Notes under the pieces: model-generated
Told to the model about the DNA's origin: nothing
What the model saw: the letters and a program-made list of their open reading frames with translations, nothing else
Databases searched by the model: none
Source: Malacoraja senta
Lineage: Eukaryota
Assembly (NCBI GenBank): GCA_038087875.1
Contig: CM075994.1
Coordinates: 9,674,001-9,738,000 of the forward strand
Length of the DNA: 64,000 bases
Direction of reading: 5' to 3'
Shown here: piece after piece, positions 1-11,855 of the stretch
How positions within the stretch are numbered: the first letter of the stretch is position 1
Layout of the letters: every line of letters begins with the position of its first letter
Translations under genes and position numbers: made by a program

Positions 1-470
1 TTAGCACAGAGAGTGCAAACATTGCAGAAAGTACGAATAGACATGATGGAAAGAGCAACAGATACTATTGTGTTCTATGTCTATGATTTGCTTAAACAGA
101 GTAGACCTGGAATCACAGGATGTAAGTTGGGGTTTTCAGCATATCCTACGGATCCACATCTATGTGTGGTATCACATTTACAATGTTAGATTGAAGCCAC
201 CAGAACCTTAAAGAGGTTCAGTATCAGTATTTTATTAGCCATAAATAGCTGCATAAGAAAATGTCGGTTCAGACTATTTAAAAAATGGCTGAAGCAGGTG
301 TTGCTTGATGCAGGTATTGATACTGACAAACTTAAATCACATTTCACCAGGGGCACCATCAACATTGACGGCCAAGGAATTGGATGTTCTAATAGAACAT
401 ATCCTCGTGGCTGCAGGCATAAGTGAAAGAATTTCACAAGTATTATCATAAGGAGATTATAATACCTGTG
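1..470 (+). mobile_element. DIRS1-like retrotransposon, decayed tyrosine recombinase C-terminal region
   Basis: Frame 1 reads LAQRVQTL...LLKQSRPG...FSAYPTDPHLCVVSHLQC* (stop 187-189). After frameshifts it continues QTIKKWLKQVLLDAGIDTDKLKSH.TR, typical of DIRS YR domains. Confidence 0.8.
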
Positions 471-649
471 GTTATTTGGTGGTGCTATTTTGGATTTAGT
501 ATTAAATATTCCTCTTGTGATAAAGGGGTTACTATTATGGTGATAAATTAACCATTAACTGGTTGCACCCATGTTGTGGTTGTGCATTGCTGATTGCTTT
601 ACTTATTTAGAATCAATCAATGCAGTGAGACGCCTGGATTTGAATCTAC

Positions 650-994
650 GGCGTGAAATCACAGAGCTTTGAAATCTTCACGTGATTCCGAAGTAAAATA
701 GTAAGATTAAACGAAAACGTACCAGTTTGAAGTTTGATCTTTATTTTATGAGGAGTTACGATGAGGGACTACGTGCCCTCCGCTCCCACCCTCATAAAGA
801 TCAAGCTGGTAGTTCTAGTCTTTACGTATCTTACTATCATACTTCAGTAATTGTTGTCTGTGATTTCACTCCGCTGCTTTGATGATTGACGCGTGTGCGG
901 TCTGGACGGGTTCTTCACGTAGTCCCTCATCGTAACTCCTCATAAAATAAAGATCAAACTTCAAACTGGTAAGTTCTCGTTTAATCTTACTATT
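650..994 (+). mobile_element. DIRS1-like 3' terminal region (internal complementary region / inverted terminal repeat)
   Basis: 79-bp inverted repeat, 697-775 vs 916-994 (2 mismatches by eye). GTGAAATCACAGA near 653 is complementary to TCTGTGATTTCAC near 857. Lies directly downstream of the YR remnant. Confidence 0.7.
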
Positions 995-1508
995 ATTAAG
1001 GGTTTAGACACGCTCGAGGCAGGAAACATGTTCCCGATGTTGGGGGAGTCCAGAACCAGGGGCCACACAGTTTAAGAATAAGGGGTAAGCCATTTAGAAA
1101 TGAGACGAGGAAACACTTTTTCACACAGAGAGTTGTGAGTCTGTGGAATTCTCTGCCTCAGAGGGTGGTGGAGGCCAATTCTCTGGATACTTTCAAGAGA
1201 GAGTTAGGGGTGGGAGATTGCAACTTTCACGTGGTCCGCCCTGTTTCGACGAATGCAATCAACCTGGCGTGCACAATCAAGTAAGATCAAATAGAACAAG
1301 TTGTCCTACAACTTTAGGCTGTGCACGCCATACGCAAGAAGAAGAAGAGAGAGCTTGATAGGGCTCTTAAAGGTAGCCGAGTCAGGGGATATGGGGAGAA
1401 GGCAGGAACGGGGTACTGATTGGGGATGATCAGCCACGATCACATTGAATGGCGGTGCTGGCTCGAAGGGCCAAATGGCCTACTCCTGCACCTATTGTCT
1501 ATTGTCTA
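995..1508 (+). mobile_element. CR1-type LINE 3' fragment interrupted by an insertion of about 145 bp
   Basis: TRGH/FFTQRVVSLWNSLP-type C-terminus and the CTATTGTCTATTGTCTA tail; foreign sequence at about 1207-1350. Confidence 0.85.
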
Positions 1509-1641
1509 AAACGCTGGAGTAACTCAGCGGGACAGACGGCACCTCTGGGGAGAAGGAATGGGTGACGTCTCGGGTCGAGGCCCTTCTTGAGATTGTACAG
1601 CTATAGAAACCCAGACTTCTCTCCTTCAACCCTCTCAGCAG

Positions 1642-1765
1642 GACGCAGGGACGGCGGGCGAGCCTTCGACTGAAGCAGGGACGAAGCGCACCGATGGGGA
1701 GTGGTACAGCAAGCTGTTCGGCGAATGCGAGGACGAATTCTACCAGTCGTGCGGTCGTTACGAAG
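1642..1765 (+). CDS. NFKBIL1: NF-kappa-B inhibitor-like protein 1, penultimate exon
   Basis: Acceptor ctcagcag (NAGNAG; alternative start 1639) and donor G|gtgag. Translates DAGTAGEPSTEAGTKRTDGEWYSKLFGECEDEFYQSCGRYE, resembling mammalian EWRQKLQGELEDEWQEVMGRFE. Phase-1 end fits the next exon. Confidence 0.88.
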
Positions 1766-2204
1766 GTGAGAAACTTCGAGACTAAGATATCTCCGTGACT
1801 GAGGTGACGAGTATTTTGACATTCTGCTTCCTCTTCAACGATAGTGAGATGTCGCCCGGGCAACCGGGAGAGTTCTTAATGCAACCGATTTAGAAACGTA
1901 GAAAATAGGTGCAGGAGCAGGCCATTCGGCCCTCCGAGCAGTGTTGATCTTGCTCAAGTGTAATATTTTCCATATCCCACATTGACAGTCATCTGCATGA
2001 GATCGCCTGTTTGGAACTGAACTAAGTACAGCTTTAGACAATAGGTGTGGGAATAGCCCATTCAGCCCTTCGAGCCAGCACCGCCATTCAATGTGATCAT
2101 AGCTGATCATCCCCAATCAGTACCCCGTTCCTGCCTTCTCCCCAAATCCCTTGATTCCGTTAGCCCCAAGAGCTAAATCTAACTCTCTTGAGTGTTATGA
2201 AGGA

Positions 2205-2585
2205 GATACACTCTGGAGTTTAGAAGGATGAGAGGGTATCTCATTGAAACATATAAGATTGTTTAGGGCTTAGACACGCTAGAGGCTGGAAACATGTTCC
2301 CGATGTTGGAGGAATCCAGAACCAGGGGCCACAGTTTAAGAATAAGGAGTAAGCCATTTAGAACGGAGACGAGGAAACACTTTTTCTCACAGAGAGTGGT
2401 GAGTCTGTGGAATTCTCTGGAATTCTAGAGAGAGCTAGATAGGGCTCTTAAAAATAGCGGAGTCAGGGGATATGGGGTGAAGGCAGGAACGAGGTACTGT
2501 TTGGGGATGATCAGCCATGATCACATTGAGTGGTGCTGCTGGCTCGAAGGGCCGAATGGCCTACTCCTGCACATATTGTCTATTG
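2205..2585 (+). mobile_element. CR1-type LINE 3' fragment
   Basis: Same RT C-terminus and 3' UTR as the other CR1 copies. Confidence 0.85.
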
Positions 2586-3174
2586 GCCCTTCGTACAGCT
2601 TTAGACAATAGGTGTGGGAATAGCCCATTCAGCCATTCAATGTGATCGTGGCTGATCATCCCCAATCAGTACCCCGTTCCTGCTTTCTTCCCCATATTCC
2701 TTGATTCCGTTAGCCTCAAGAGCTAAATCTAACTCTCTCTTGAAAACATCCAGTGAATTGGCCTCCACTGCCTTCTGTGGCAGAGAATTCTTGCTTAAAC
2801 GTGATCACGTGCCGTGCCGGCGACTTTGCGCAGGATGCGGTGCAGCCAGAGTTCAGCCGCGCTCGGCGGGCTGGATGATTACAGGGGAAAAAAAAAAAAC
2901 GCCTGCGGGCCGGATGATTTTGGATTATGGGCCGCATTTGGCCCGGGGGCCGTCGGTTGCCGACCCCTGCTCTATGCCATGGATGAGTTGAGTACAGATT
3001 TGTAGGTGAATTTGGCTTTGGTAAAAAATCCAAATTACCCCTGCTGTTAGTGTGTATCGTCGTTGGTGTAAACCAGCATCTGCAGTTCTTTCCTACACGC
3101 TGGTTCTATGTTATCCCACATTCCCATCCACTCCTGACACATATGGGGGCAATTTTAAAGAGGGTCGATTAAGG

Positions 3175-3480
3175 GTGGTCACGGTGGCGCAGCGGTAGAG
3201 TTGCTGCCTCACAGCGCTCTCAGCACCAGCGACCCGGGTTCGATCCCGACTACGGGTGTTGTCTGTACGGAGTTTGCACGTCCTCCCCGTGACCAGGTGG
3301 GTTTCCCCCGGGTGCTCCGGTTTCCTCCCACACTCCAAGGACGTACAGGTTTGTAGGTTAATTTGCTTGTTATCAATGTAAATTGTCCCTAGTGTGTGTA
3401 GGATAGTGTTGGTGTGGGGGGATCGCTGGTCGATGGGCCGAAGGGCCTGTTTCCACTCTGTATCTCTAAACTAAACTAAA
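3175..3480 (+). mobile_element. tRNA-derived SINE (HE1/V-SINE-like); further copies or fragments near 19135-19410(-), 25990-26130, 44420-44660(-), 53575-53870(-), 58150-58450, 59350-59820, 62415-62560
   Basis: A-box GGTGGCGCAGCGGT and B-box GGTTCGATCCC, conserved core (GTCTGTACGGAGTTTGCACG...TCCGGTTTCCTCCCAC), LINE-like 3' end GGGCCGAAGGGCCTGTTTCC and (AACTA)n tail. Confidence 0.85.
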
Positions 3481-3575
3481 CTTATCCGAACTAAACTTAT
3501 CTAAGTTAAAGTTACCTCAGCTGAACTAAACTTAACTCAACCAACGTATCCCAACCAACTTTCTCTCAACCAACG

Positions 3576-4035
3576 AAGGATGTTGCCAGGACCAGAGGGT
3601 GTGAGCTATAGGGAGAGGTTGAGTAGGCTGGGTCTCTATTCCGTGGAGCGCAGGAGGATGAGGGGTGATCTTATAGAGGTGTACAAAATCATGAGAGGAA
3701 TAGATCGGGTAGATGCACAGAGTCTTTTACCCAGAGTAAGGGAATCGAGGACCATCAGAGGACATAGGTTCAAGGTGAAAGGGAAAAGATATAATAGGAA
3801 TCCGAGGGGTAACTTTTTCACACAGTTAAAAGTGGGTGTATGGAACAAGTTGCCACAGGAGGTAGTTGAGGCTGGGACTATCCCATTGTTTAAGAAACAA
3901 TTGGACAGGTACATGGATAGGACAGGTTTGGAGGGTTATGGACCAAGGCAAGTGGGGCTCGGGTAGTTGGACATTGTTGGCTGGTGTGGGCGAGTTGGGC
4001 CGAAGGGCCTGTTTCCACACGGTATTACTATGACT
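3576..4035 (+). mobile_element. CR1-type LINE 3' fragment (second subfamily) inserted in the minisatellite
   Basis: ORF 3580-3966 YRERLSRLGLYS...RGDLIEVYKIMRG...WNKLP. Minisatellite-like sequence lies on both sides. Confidence 0.85.
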
Positions 4036-4037
4036 CT

Positions 4038-4890
4038 AACCCCATCCCAACTAACCCTATCCCAACTAACCTTATCCCAACCAACTTATCCCAACCAACT
4101 TATCCCAACCAACTTATCCCAGCCAACTTATTCCAAGCAACATATCCCAACTTACCCTATCCCAACCAACTTATCCCAAGCAACTTATCCCAACTAACCC
4201 TATCCCAACCAACATATCCCAAGCAACTTATCCTAACCAACGTATCCCAACTAACCTTATCCCAACTAACCTTATCCCAACCAACTTATCCCAACCAACC
4301 TATCCCAACCAGCTTATCCCAACTAACCTTATCCCAACCAACTTATCCCAACTAACCTTATCCCAACCAACTTATCCCAACTAACCTTATCCCAACTAAC
4401 CTTATCCCAACCACTTATTCCAACCAACTTATCCCAACTAACTTTATCCCAACTAACTTTATCCCAACTAACCTTATCCCAACTAACCTTATCCCAACCA
4501 ACTTATCCAAACCACCTTATCCCAACTAACCCTATCCCAACCAACGGATCCCAACCAACGTATCCCAATCAACTTATCCCAACCAACTTATCCCAACCAA
4601 CTTATCCCAACCAACTTATCCTAACCACTTTATCCCAACTAACCTTATCCCAACCAACGTATCCCAAGCAACTTATCCCAACTAACCTTATCCCAACTAA
4701 CCTTATCCCAACCAACTTATCCCAACTAACCTTATCCCAACCAACGTATCCCAAACAACTTATCCCAACTAACCGTATCCCAACTAACCGTATCCCAATT
4801 AACCCTATCCCAAGCAACTTATCCCAACTAACCTTATCCCAAGCAACTTATCTCAACTAACCTTATCCCAATTAACCTTATCCCAACTGA
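4038..4890. repeat. Minisatellite of mixed 14/15-bp units (CCAACCAACTTATC / CCAACTAACCTTATC)
   Basis: Directly visible tandem array of about 850 bp ending about 75 bp before the NFKBIL1 last-exon acceptor. Confidence 0.95.
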
Positions 4891-4964
4891 ATTAAACTAA
4901 ACTAAACTGGTCCCAGCTACGTGAAGCTCAACTCTCCTTGTTGTGTCTATTGTCCCTGGAGCAG

Positions 4965-5571
4965 ACGACTACTCTGTGCCGGAGCCGGAGCCACAGACGT
5001 ACGAACGCTGGGCGGAGCGGTTGGCGAGGGAATACGCGGAGAAGCGCGCCCGGGCCCGGCCCCGGCCCGGCGTGGGCATCGCCCCGTCCGTGGACCGGCA
5101 GAGGCAGCGGCAGCGGCAGCGGAGCAGGAGCAGGAGCAGCGGGATCTGCGGCGGCGGCTGGAGGAGGAGCACCGGCTGTACCAGGAGCGGGCCGGCCGCG
5201 AGGCGGCGGCGGCGACTGGCGGACGCAAGCAGCGCTACGAGCGGGGCTGCGCCCAGGTGTTCGGACGGGGCGGGGCGGCGGAGGCGGCGGCGGAGGAGGG
5301 GGACGGCGATCGCCTGGCCTACGCCGACATCCCCTGGCCCCACCCGCGGGGCACGGTGGAGGAGATGGTGGCGGTGATCGTCCACGGCGTGGACCGCGGG
5401 CAGACGGAGGAGCTGCGGCGATACCTGCGGCAGCAGCGGGCCGTCTGGCACCCCGACCGCTTCGCCCAGCGGTGCGGCGAGCGGCTGCTGGAGGCCGACC
5501 GGCAGAAGATCCTCGACACCGTCACCGCCCTCTCCCAGGCTCTCAACAAGTTGTCGGAGACCGTCCACTAA
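4965..5571 (+). CDS. NFKBIL1: NF-kappa-B inhibitor-like protein 1, terminal exon (one frameshift as assembled)
   Basis: Acceptor ggagcag|AC. The 5' part reads DDYSVPEPEPQTYERWAERLAREYAEK (frame of ORF 4943). The 3' part, in the frame of ORF 4921, reads EEEHRLYQER...YADIPWP...RRYLRQQRAVWHPDRFAQR...VTALSQALN*, the characteristic NFKBIL1 C-terminus (PWP, WHPDRF). The frame switches at about 5050-5125. Confidence 0.9.
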
Positions 5572-5714
5572 TGTCCCGGCCCCGGGGCCGTCCCGTCCAA
5601 CAGCAGGGACCGCGATCTAGAGACAGGGAGCAGCAGAGTCTGCTTTACACAAATGGACACAAGATGCTGGAGTAACTCAGCAGCTCAGGCAGCGTCTCCG
5701 GAGAACGTGGACAT

Positions 5715-6452
5715 GTGATGCTTCCTGTTGGGACCCTTCTTCAGACTTGGTGACATTTCAAGTTGGGGCCCTTCTTCAGACTGGCGACATTTCAATTCGG
5801 GACCCTTCTTCACAAAAACGCCCCGACCTACTTGATGCCACGAGTACCTACGACTAGCATCACGACTTACCTTCGAACTCGTGACGACCATGCTGCGAGT
5901 ATGAGTCAAGGGCAAACCCGGCAGAGGTCGTGAATTAGGTCATGAAAGTGGGACAGGCCTATTCAGACGTGACATTTCGGGTCGGGGACCTTATTCAGAC
6001 TGGTGACGTTTCAGGTCCTGAACCTTCTTCAGACTAGTGACATTTTGGGTCAGGACCCTTCTTGAAGGGCCTGTCCCACTTTCACGACCTAATTCACGAC
6101 CTCTACCAAGTTTGCCCTCGACTCATACTCGCAGCGAGGTCGTCACGAGGTCGTAGGTAGGTCATAGGTAGGTCGTGATGCTAGTCGTAGGTACTCGTGG
6201 CATCAAGTAAGGTCGTGGCGTTTTTTTCTAGCCTGATGAAAAATGTCCACGAGTAAAAAAGGTCGTGAATTCGGTCGTGAAAGTGGGACAGGCCCTTAAG
6301 ACTAGTGACATTTCGGGTTGGGGTCCTTATTTCAGACTGGTGACATATTGGGTCATGAACCTTATTCAGACTAATGACATATTGGGTTGTGAACCTTCTT
6401 CAGACTGGTGACGTTTCAGGTCGGGGACCTTATTCAGACTGGTGACATTTCG
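5715..6452. repeat. Degenerate tandem repeat of about 39-40 bp (GACCCTTCTTCAGACTGGTGACATTTC...) interrupted by MITEs
   Basis: Repeated units visible at 5715-5815, 5960-6060 and 6300-6452. Confidence 0.75.
6066..6296. mobile_element. PIF/Harbinger-like MITE; related termini at about 5820-5960, 10508-10729, 12265-12546, 62879-63097
   Basis: TIR AGGGCCTGTCCCACTTTCACGACC ... GGTCGTGAAAGTGGGACAGGCCCT, flanked by TGA and TAA (3-bp TWA-like target). Confidence 0.75.
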
Positions 6453-7249
6453 GAAGGAACTCCTCTTCCACCGTGCTTCCGAATCGGCCGCCATAGTCGG
6501 CCATGGGGATGGATCTGCCGGCTGCGGCTGGGCCGGAGTTCCAGAGCCCTGGCTGCAAGGGGGACAAATTCCACCCGCCGATGAATTCCTGATGAGGTCG
6601 GTCCTCCACCGTTTCTGGGGGACATGTGGTGGTGGGGGAGGGGGATCTCAAATGCGCACTCGTAATTTTGTCCGGATGAAAGGGAGTGCCGGACCACCAG
6701 TTGCCGGTAAAGATCCTCCCGGCTCTTGCGCTCTTTGTAGAGCATCGCCATTTTACCGTCAATGTCCGTAAAATGTCAACTTCATTATGATTTTTTTTTT
6801 GAAGTGTATAAATTGTGTAAATATTCAATTGTCTGAGCATCAAAATTACACATCAAACCAACGTCATAATCTTATTAAATTAAAAAGTCAAAGCATGTAC
6901 ACAGTGACAACATGGGGAAGATTATTGGGGTACTCTCCCATCAGTCAGGCTGGGATTTTTTCAATCGCATCTCATATTCCGCTTGAGCAGCTTACAACCC
7001 AGCGTTGTGACTCTAGATGTCTCTAACCAAGTAATCCTTGCATTCCCCCCCCCCTCTCCATCTTTAGAATGAATTTAGACAATAGACAATAGGTGCAGGA
7101 GTAGGCCATTCGGCTCTCCGAGCCAGCACCGCCATCCAATGTGATCATGGCTGATCATCCCCAAACAGTACCCCCATCCTGCCTTCTCCCCATATCCCCT
7201 GACTCCGCTATCCCAAAGAGCCCTATCTAGCTCTCTCTTGAAAGCATCC

Positions 7250-7672
7250 AGTTTAAGAATAAGGGGTAATTTAGAAGGATGAGAGGATTCCTTATTGAAA
7301 CATATAAGATTATTAAAGGTTTGGACAGGCTCGAGGCAGGAAACATGTTCCCGGTGTTGGGAGAGTCCAGAACCAGGGGACACATTTTAAGAATAAGGGG
7401 TAAGCCATTTAGAACAGAGATGAGGAAACACTTTTTCACACAGAGAGTGGTGAGTCTGTGGAATTCTCTGGCTCGGAGGGCAGTGGAGGCCGGTTCTCTG
7501 GATACTTTCAAGAGAGAGCTAGATAGGGCTCTTAAAGATAGCAGAGTCAGGGGATATGGGGAGAAGGCAGGAACGGGGTACTGATTGGTGATGATCAGCC
7601 ATGATCACATTGAATGGCGGTGCTGGCTCGAAGGGCCGAATGGCCTACTCTTACACCTATTGTCTATTGTCT
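7250..7672 (+). mobile_element. CR1-type LINE 3' fragment
   Basis: ORF 7279-7584 CR1 C-terminus; CTATTGT tail. Confidence 0.85.
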
Positions 7673-8269
7673 ATCCCTCCCCCACCCAAGTCGTACCAGC
7701 TTCAAAGTTGTCTTGTCGAGTCTCATTGTCTGTAACTCGTTTTCTCCTAGCCCACAGCTAACAATGGCCTCTTTCCTATATCGTCACGTTTTTCTGCACA
7801 TCTTTCATTCATTCGTTCGTTCTGTATCTCTCTCTCCAGTTTGAAGAAGGGTCTCGACCCAGAAACGTCACCTGTCCTTTTTCTCCAGAGACGCTGTCTG
7901 ACCAACTGTGTTACTCCAGCACTTTGTGTCTATCTTTGGTGATAAACCAGCATCTGCAGTTCTTTGTTTCTACTTCAAACCATTCGTTACATGTGAGACA
8001 AATCAGTTCACAAGTGATAGGAGCAGAATTAGGCCATTTGGCCCACTAAGCGCCATTCAATCAATCTTTGATCTATCTTTTCCTCTCAGCCCCATTCCCC
8101 TGCCTTCTCCTCACAACCCCTAACACCTGTACCAGTCAAGAATGCTTAGAAATACAGTATCCACTGACTTGGCCTCCACAGCCTTCTGTGGCAAAGAATT
8201 CCACAGATTCACCACCCTCTTATAAAATAAATTTCTCCTCATCTCCTTCCTAAAGGAACGTCCTTTACA

Positions 8270-9000
8270 TAGAAGCATAGAAAATAGGTGCAGTAGGAGG
8301 ATATTCGGCCCTTCGAGCCAGCACCGCCATTCATTATGATCATGGCTGATCGTCCCCAATCAATAACCCGTGCCTGCCTCCTCCCCATATCCCTTGATTC
8401 CACCAGCCCATAGAGCTCTATCTAACTCCCTCTTAAATCCATTCAGTGACTTGGCCTCCACTGCCCTCTGTGGCAGGGAATTCCACAAATTCACAACTCT
8501 CTGGGTGAAAAAGTTTTTTCTCACCTCAGTCTTAAATGGCCTCCCCTTTATTCTAAGACTGTGTGTGGCCCCTGGTTCTGGACTCGCCCAACATTGGGAA
8601 CATTTTTCCTGCATCTAGCTTGTCCAGTCCTTTTATAATTGTATATGTTTCTATAAGATTCCCCCTCATCCTTCTAAACTCCAGTGAATACAAGCCTAGT
8701 CTTTTCAATCTTTCCTCATTTGACAGTCCCGCCATCCCAGAGATCAATCTCGTGAACCTACGCTGCACTGCCTCAATCACAAGGATGTTCTTCCTCAAAT
8801 TAGGAGACCAAAACTGTACTCAATACTCCAGATATGGTCTTACCAGAGCCCTATACAACTGCAGAAGAACCTCTTTACTCCTGTACTGAAATCCTCTTGT
8901 TATGAAGGCCAACGTTCCATTAGCTTTCTTCACTGCCTGCTGTACCTGCACGCCAACTTGCAGTGACCGGTGTACAAGGACACCCAGGTCTCGCTGCACC
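8270..9000 (-). mobile_element. CR1-type LINE 3' fragment
   Basis: Minus ORFs 8553-8798 and 8360-8614 (VQRRFTRLI..., FFTQRVVNLWNSLP). Confidence 0.88.
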
Positions 9001-9875
9001 TCTGAGGCTATGAGGCCATGACCTCTAATTCTGAGGCTATGACCTCTAGTCCTAGATCTCCCACCAGTGGAAACATCCTCTCCACATCAATTTCCATTTT
9101 CCCCATAACTGCCTTAAAAACATTCACTGACTTGGCCTCCACAGCCCTCTGTGGCAATGAGTCCCACAGATAAACTACCCTCTGACTATAGAAGTTCCTC
9201 CTCACCTCCTTTCTCAAAGAGCACCCTTTAATTCTGAGGCTGTGACCTCTGGTCCTAGACTCTCCCACTAGTGGAAACATCCTCTCCACATCAACTCGAT
9301 CCAGGCCTTTCACTATTCGGTACGTTTCCCCCCCCCCACCTCCTCATCCTTCTAAACTCCAAATGCTGTTCTTGTCGCGACATACGGTGAATATGTGGTT
9401 CCTCGAAGGTGAACGTGGAGGGGAAATAAACCTGGAGCTGAAGATACACATTGTTTCATTGAAGGTACCTTGAAGATACCTCCTACGTTGCCTGGAGGTC
9501 TCAAGGTTCAGATTTAATGGTCTCATACACCAATTATGGTACAGTGAAATGAGTTACTATGCAGCCACACAATTAAAAACACAACACACTATAGAATTTA
9601 ACATAAAAAGCCACCACAGTGGAATCAACATTCTGATTCAGATGGAAGGCAATCAGAATCTGAATCAGAATGTCATTTATTGTCATTTAAACATAGGTTC
9701 AAACAAAATTTCCTTCCTGCAGTTATAACAACAAAAAATGAACAAAACACACAATTAACACAATTCCACACAAACATCCATCACAGTGAATCTCCAAACA
9801 CCTCCTCACTGTGACGGAAGGCAAAAAGTCATATCCCTTCCCTGTTCTCTGTTCTTTATTCTCCCGCAGTCAAAC

Positions 9876-10250
9876 CAAAGATCCTATCGCGAGCAAGATA
9901 GTCCACTCGACGAAAAAGACGTAGTACGGTCATGGGTAATTTAAGGCCCCATTTCTGTAACCGGCTTCCGTCTCCGCACCAAAGATCCCGTAGGATACTA
10001 GTGCGGAGACGGAAGCCGGTTACGGAAACATCCTCGTAAAAATAAAAGTTATTTGGTAAAAATCTTCTAATTTTCAGAATTTTAATTTATTAACACAAAC
10101 TGTTCCCCCGCAACGTTGATTACACTGCGAGTCGGGTCGGGTTACTGAAATGGATGAAAAAAAGGCCCACGTTCCGCTCCGTTGCGTACTACACGTCAGC
10201 CCATTGCATTTAGCAGGAGTGGTCTATCTTGCTCCGCTATAGGATCTTTG
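9876..10250. mobile_element. Non-autonomous DNA transposon (MITE) with 8-bp TSD (hAT- or P-type)
   Basis: TIR of about 33 bp: CAAAGATCCTATCGCGAGCAAGATAGTCCACTC vs GAGTGGTCTATCTTGCTCCGCTATAGGATCTTTG. Perfect TSD AGTCAAAC at 9868-9875 and 10251-10258. Confidence 0.88.
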
Positions 10251-11033
10251 AGTCAAACTGCTGCATCGAGCTGATCGAGGCTCTTGATGTTGGAGGCCCC
10301 CCCCCCCGGCGGGCGCTCGTAAGTCCCGCAGCCGTTTAAGCCGCGCCGGGCGATGTTAGGTCCCGCTCCGGGTCGATTTAAACCCCTCGATTCGGGCGGG
10401 CGAAGTTTGCCGTTGCGGGAGCTCCGAAAAGCGGTCTCCCACCAGGGACCCGCGAGCTCCCGATGTTACCGTCCACAGGGCCTGCAGCCGAAGCTCAAAA
10501 GTCGGGTCGTCCCACTTGGCGATTTTTTCCGGCGACTACCGGCATCATTGACTGACCATATCAGGTCACCGAAAAATACGCGGCGTGACGAAGTATTGAC
10601 GCGCGGTGTTTTTTCAAGTGTCGCCACAGTTTTATTGTCGCCGCTGGATTTTGAAATGTTCAAAATCTTTTGGCAACCCTGATATGACACCGGCAGTCGC
10701 CGAAAAAATCGCCAAGTGGGACAGGCCCTTTAAGTTCAGTCAGTCTTCCTCCTTTGTTCACCCGCCGTCGGGGGCCTTGACCATCCTCAGTCATGGGCGA
10801 CCCCATGTGCAAGCCCTCTCGTTGGGATGATCGAAATTCCGACGTCGGGGCAGGAGTTCCCGAATTGGCCACTTCCTTACCGGAGACCGCGGCTTCAGGA
10901 TGAGGTAGATGAATATGGGAAAGATTGTTGAATCGGGTTCTGTGGGGAACCAGCAAGGGAGAGGAGACGAGGCCTGGGACTGAACAGCCACGAGTGTCTT
11001 GAAAATATTCTATTTTCTGGGGTCAGTTGAAAC

Positions 11034-11535
11034 TAGGGTTGCCAACTGTCCCGTATTAGCCGGGACATCCCGTATATTGGGCTAAATTGGTTTCGCCCTT
11101 GTCCCGTATTTGACCGCTGCTACACGGGTCGAGGGGACTGTCGGGTCGGAGCGCCGCGTCCGGCCCCCGCCTCACCCGTCCCGACGTAGTGCAGCCCATG
11201 GAGTGCAGCAGCAGCAGCGCCTCGCCCGTGGCCCCGTCAGTCGGTGGGCAGCCCGGCCAGCTGTCCGACCTTTGGACCTTCGCCGATCGCCGACACCACC
11301 ACCACCCCTCCTTCTTATGGGCAATGAGTTGGACGGGGTGCCGGACTTTGCGCGCGGCCCGGGCCAAAACTCCTCAGCTGGCCCGCCAGCTGGGCTTTGT
11401 GTGCAGTCCAGCACCCGGGGCCAACTCATCATTCACCCAGCCACGGCCCAGTCGGTCAACGAATTGCCGTCGGGAATTTGTCCCGTATTTTGACTTTTTG
11501 TGCCTCATTTGGGAGTGAGAAAGTTGGCAACCCTA
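11034..11535. mobile_element. hAT-like MITE
   Basis: TIR TAGGGTTGCCAAC...GTTGGCAACCCTA, subterminal TCCCGTAT repeats, degenerate 8-bp flanks GTTGAAAC and GTTGGAAA. Confidence 0.8.
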
Positions 11536-11855
11536 GTTGGAAAGCACATCCCTCTATGAGGCCATTCGGCCCATCGAGTGTCGTCTCACCACAAGAAGCC
11601 TCACTTTCCTTATCTCAGCAAGAGTTATATATTAAAAATCAACACAATTTATGTCATTTAAAAAAATATAGATTTCTAACATGGCAGCATTCAAAATAAT
11701 CCCGGATGGGAGATCAAAGTGCAGGTTTCGAGTTCGAGGGGAGGAACCATGTTGCGTTGAGGACACCATTGGGTCGCCCATGGCAACCACAGCACCTGGG
11801 TGCATCACGTTCCTGAGCTCGGCCTGGGCAGTCGCCGCGGCAACGGGGCCTTCCC

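Noticed and set aside
3175..3260. tRNA gene
   Set aside because: The A/B boxes belong to the head of a multi-copy SINE; no full cloverleaf.
3967..4817. Repetitive QLTLSQPTYPN ORFs
   Set aside because: Translation of the 14/15-bp minisatellite.
4938..5675. Overlapping Gly/Arg-rich ORFs on both strands
   Set aside because: Shadow frames of the GC-rich NFKBIL1 exon.
9365..9500. Unique stretch with AATAAA between NFKBIL1 and TRAF as an extra exon or poly(A) site
   Set aside because: No convincing splice sites or recognisable peptide, and a lone hexamer is insufficient.
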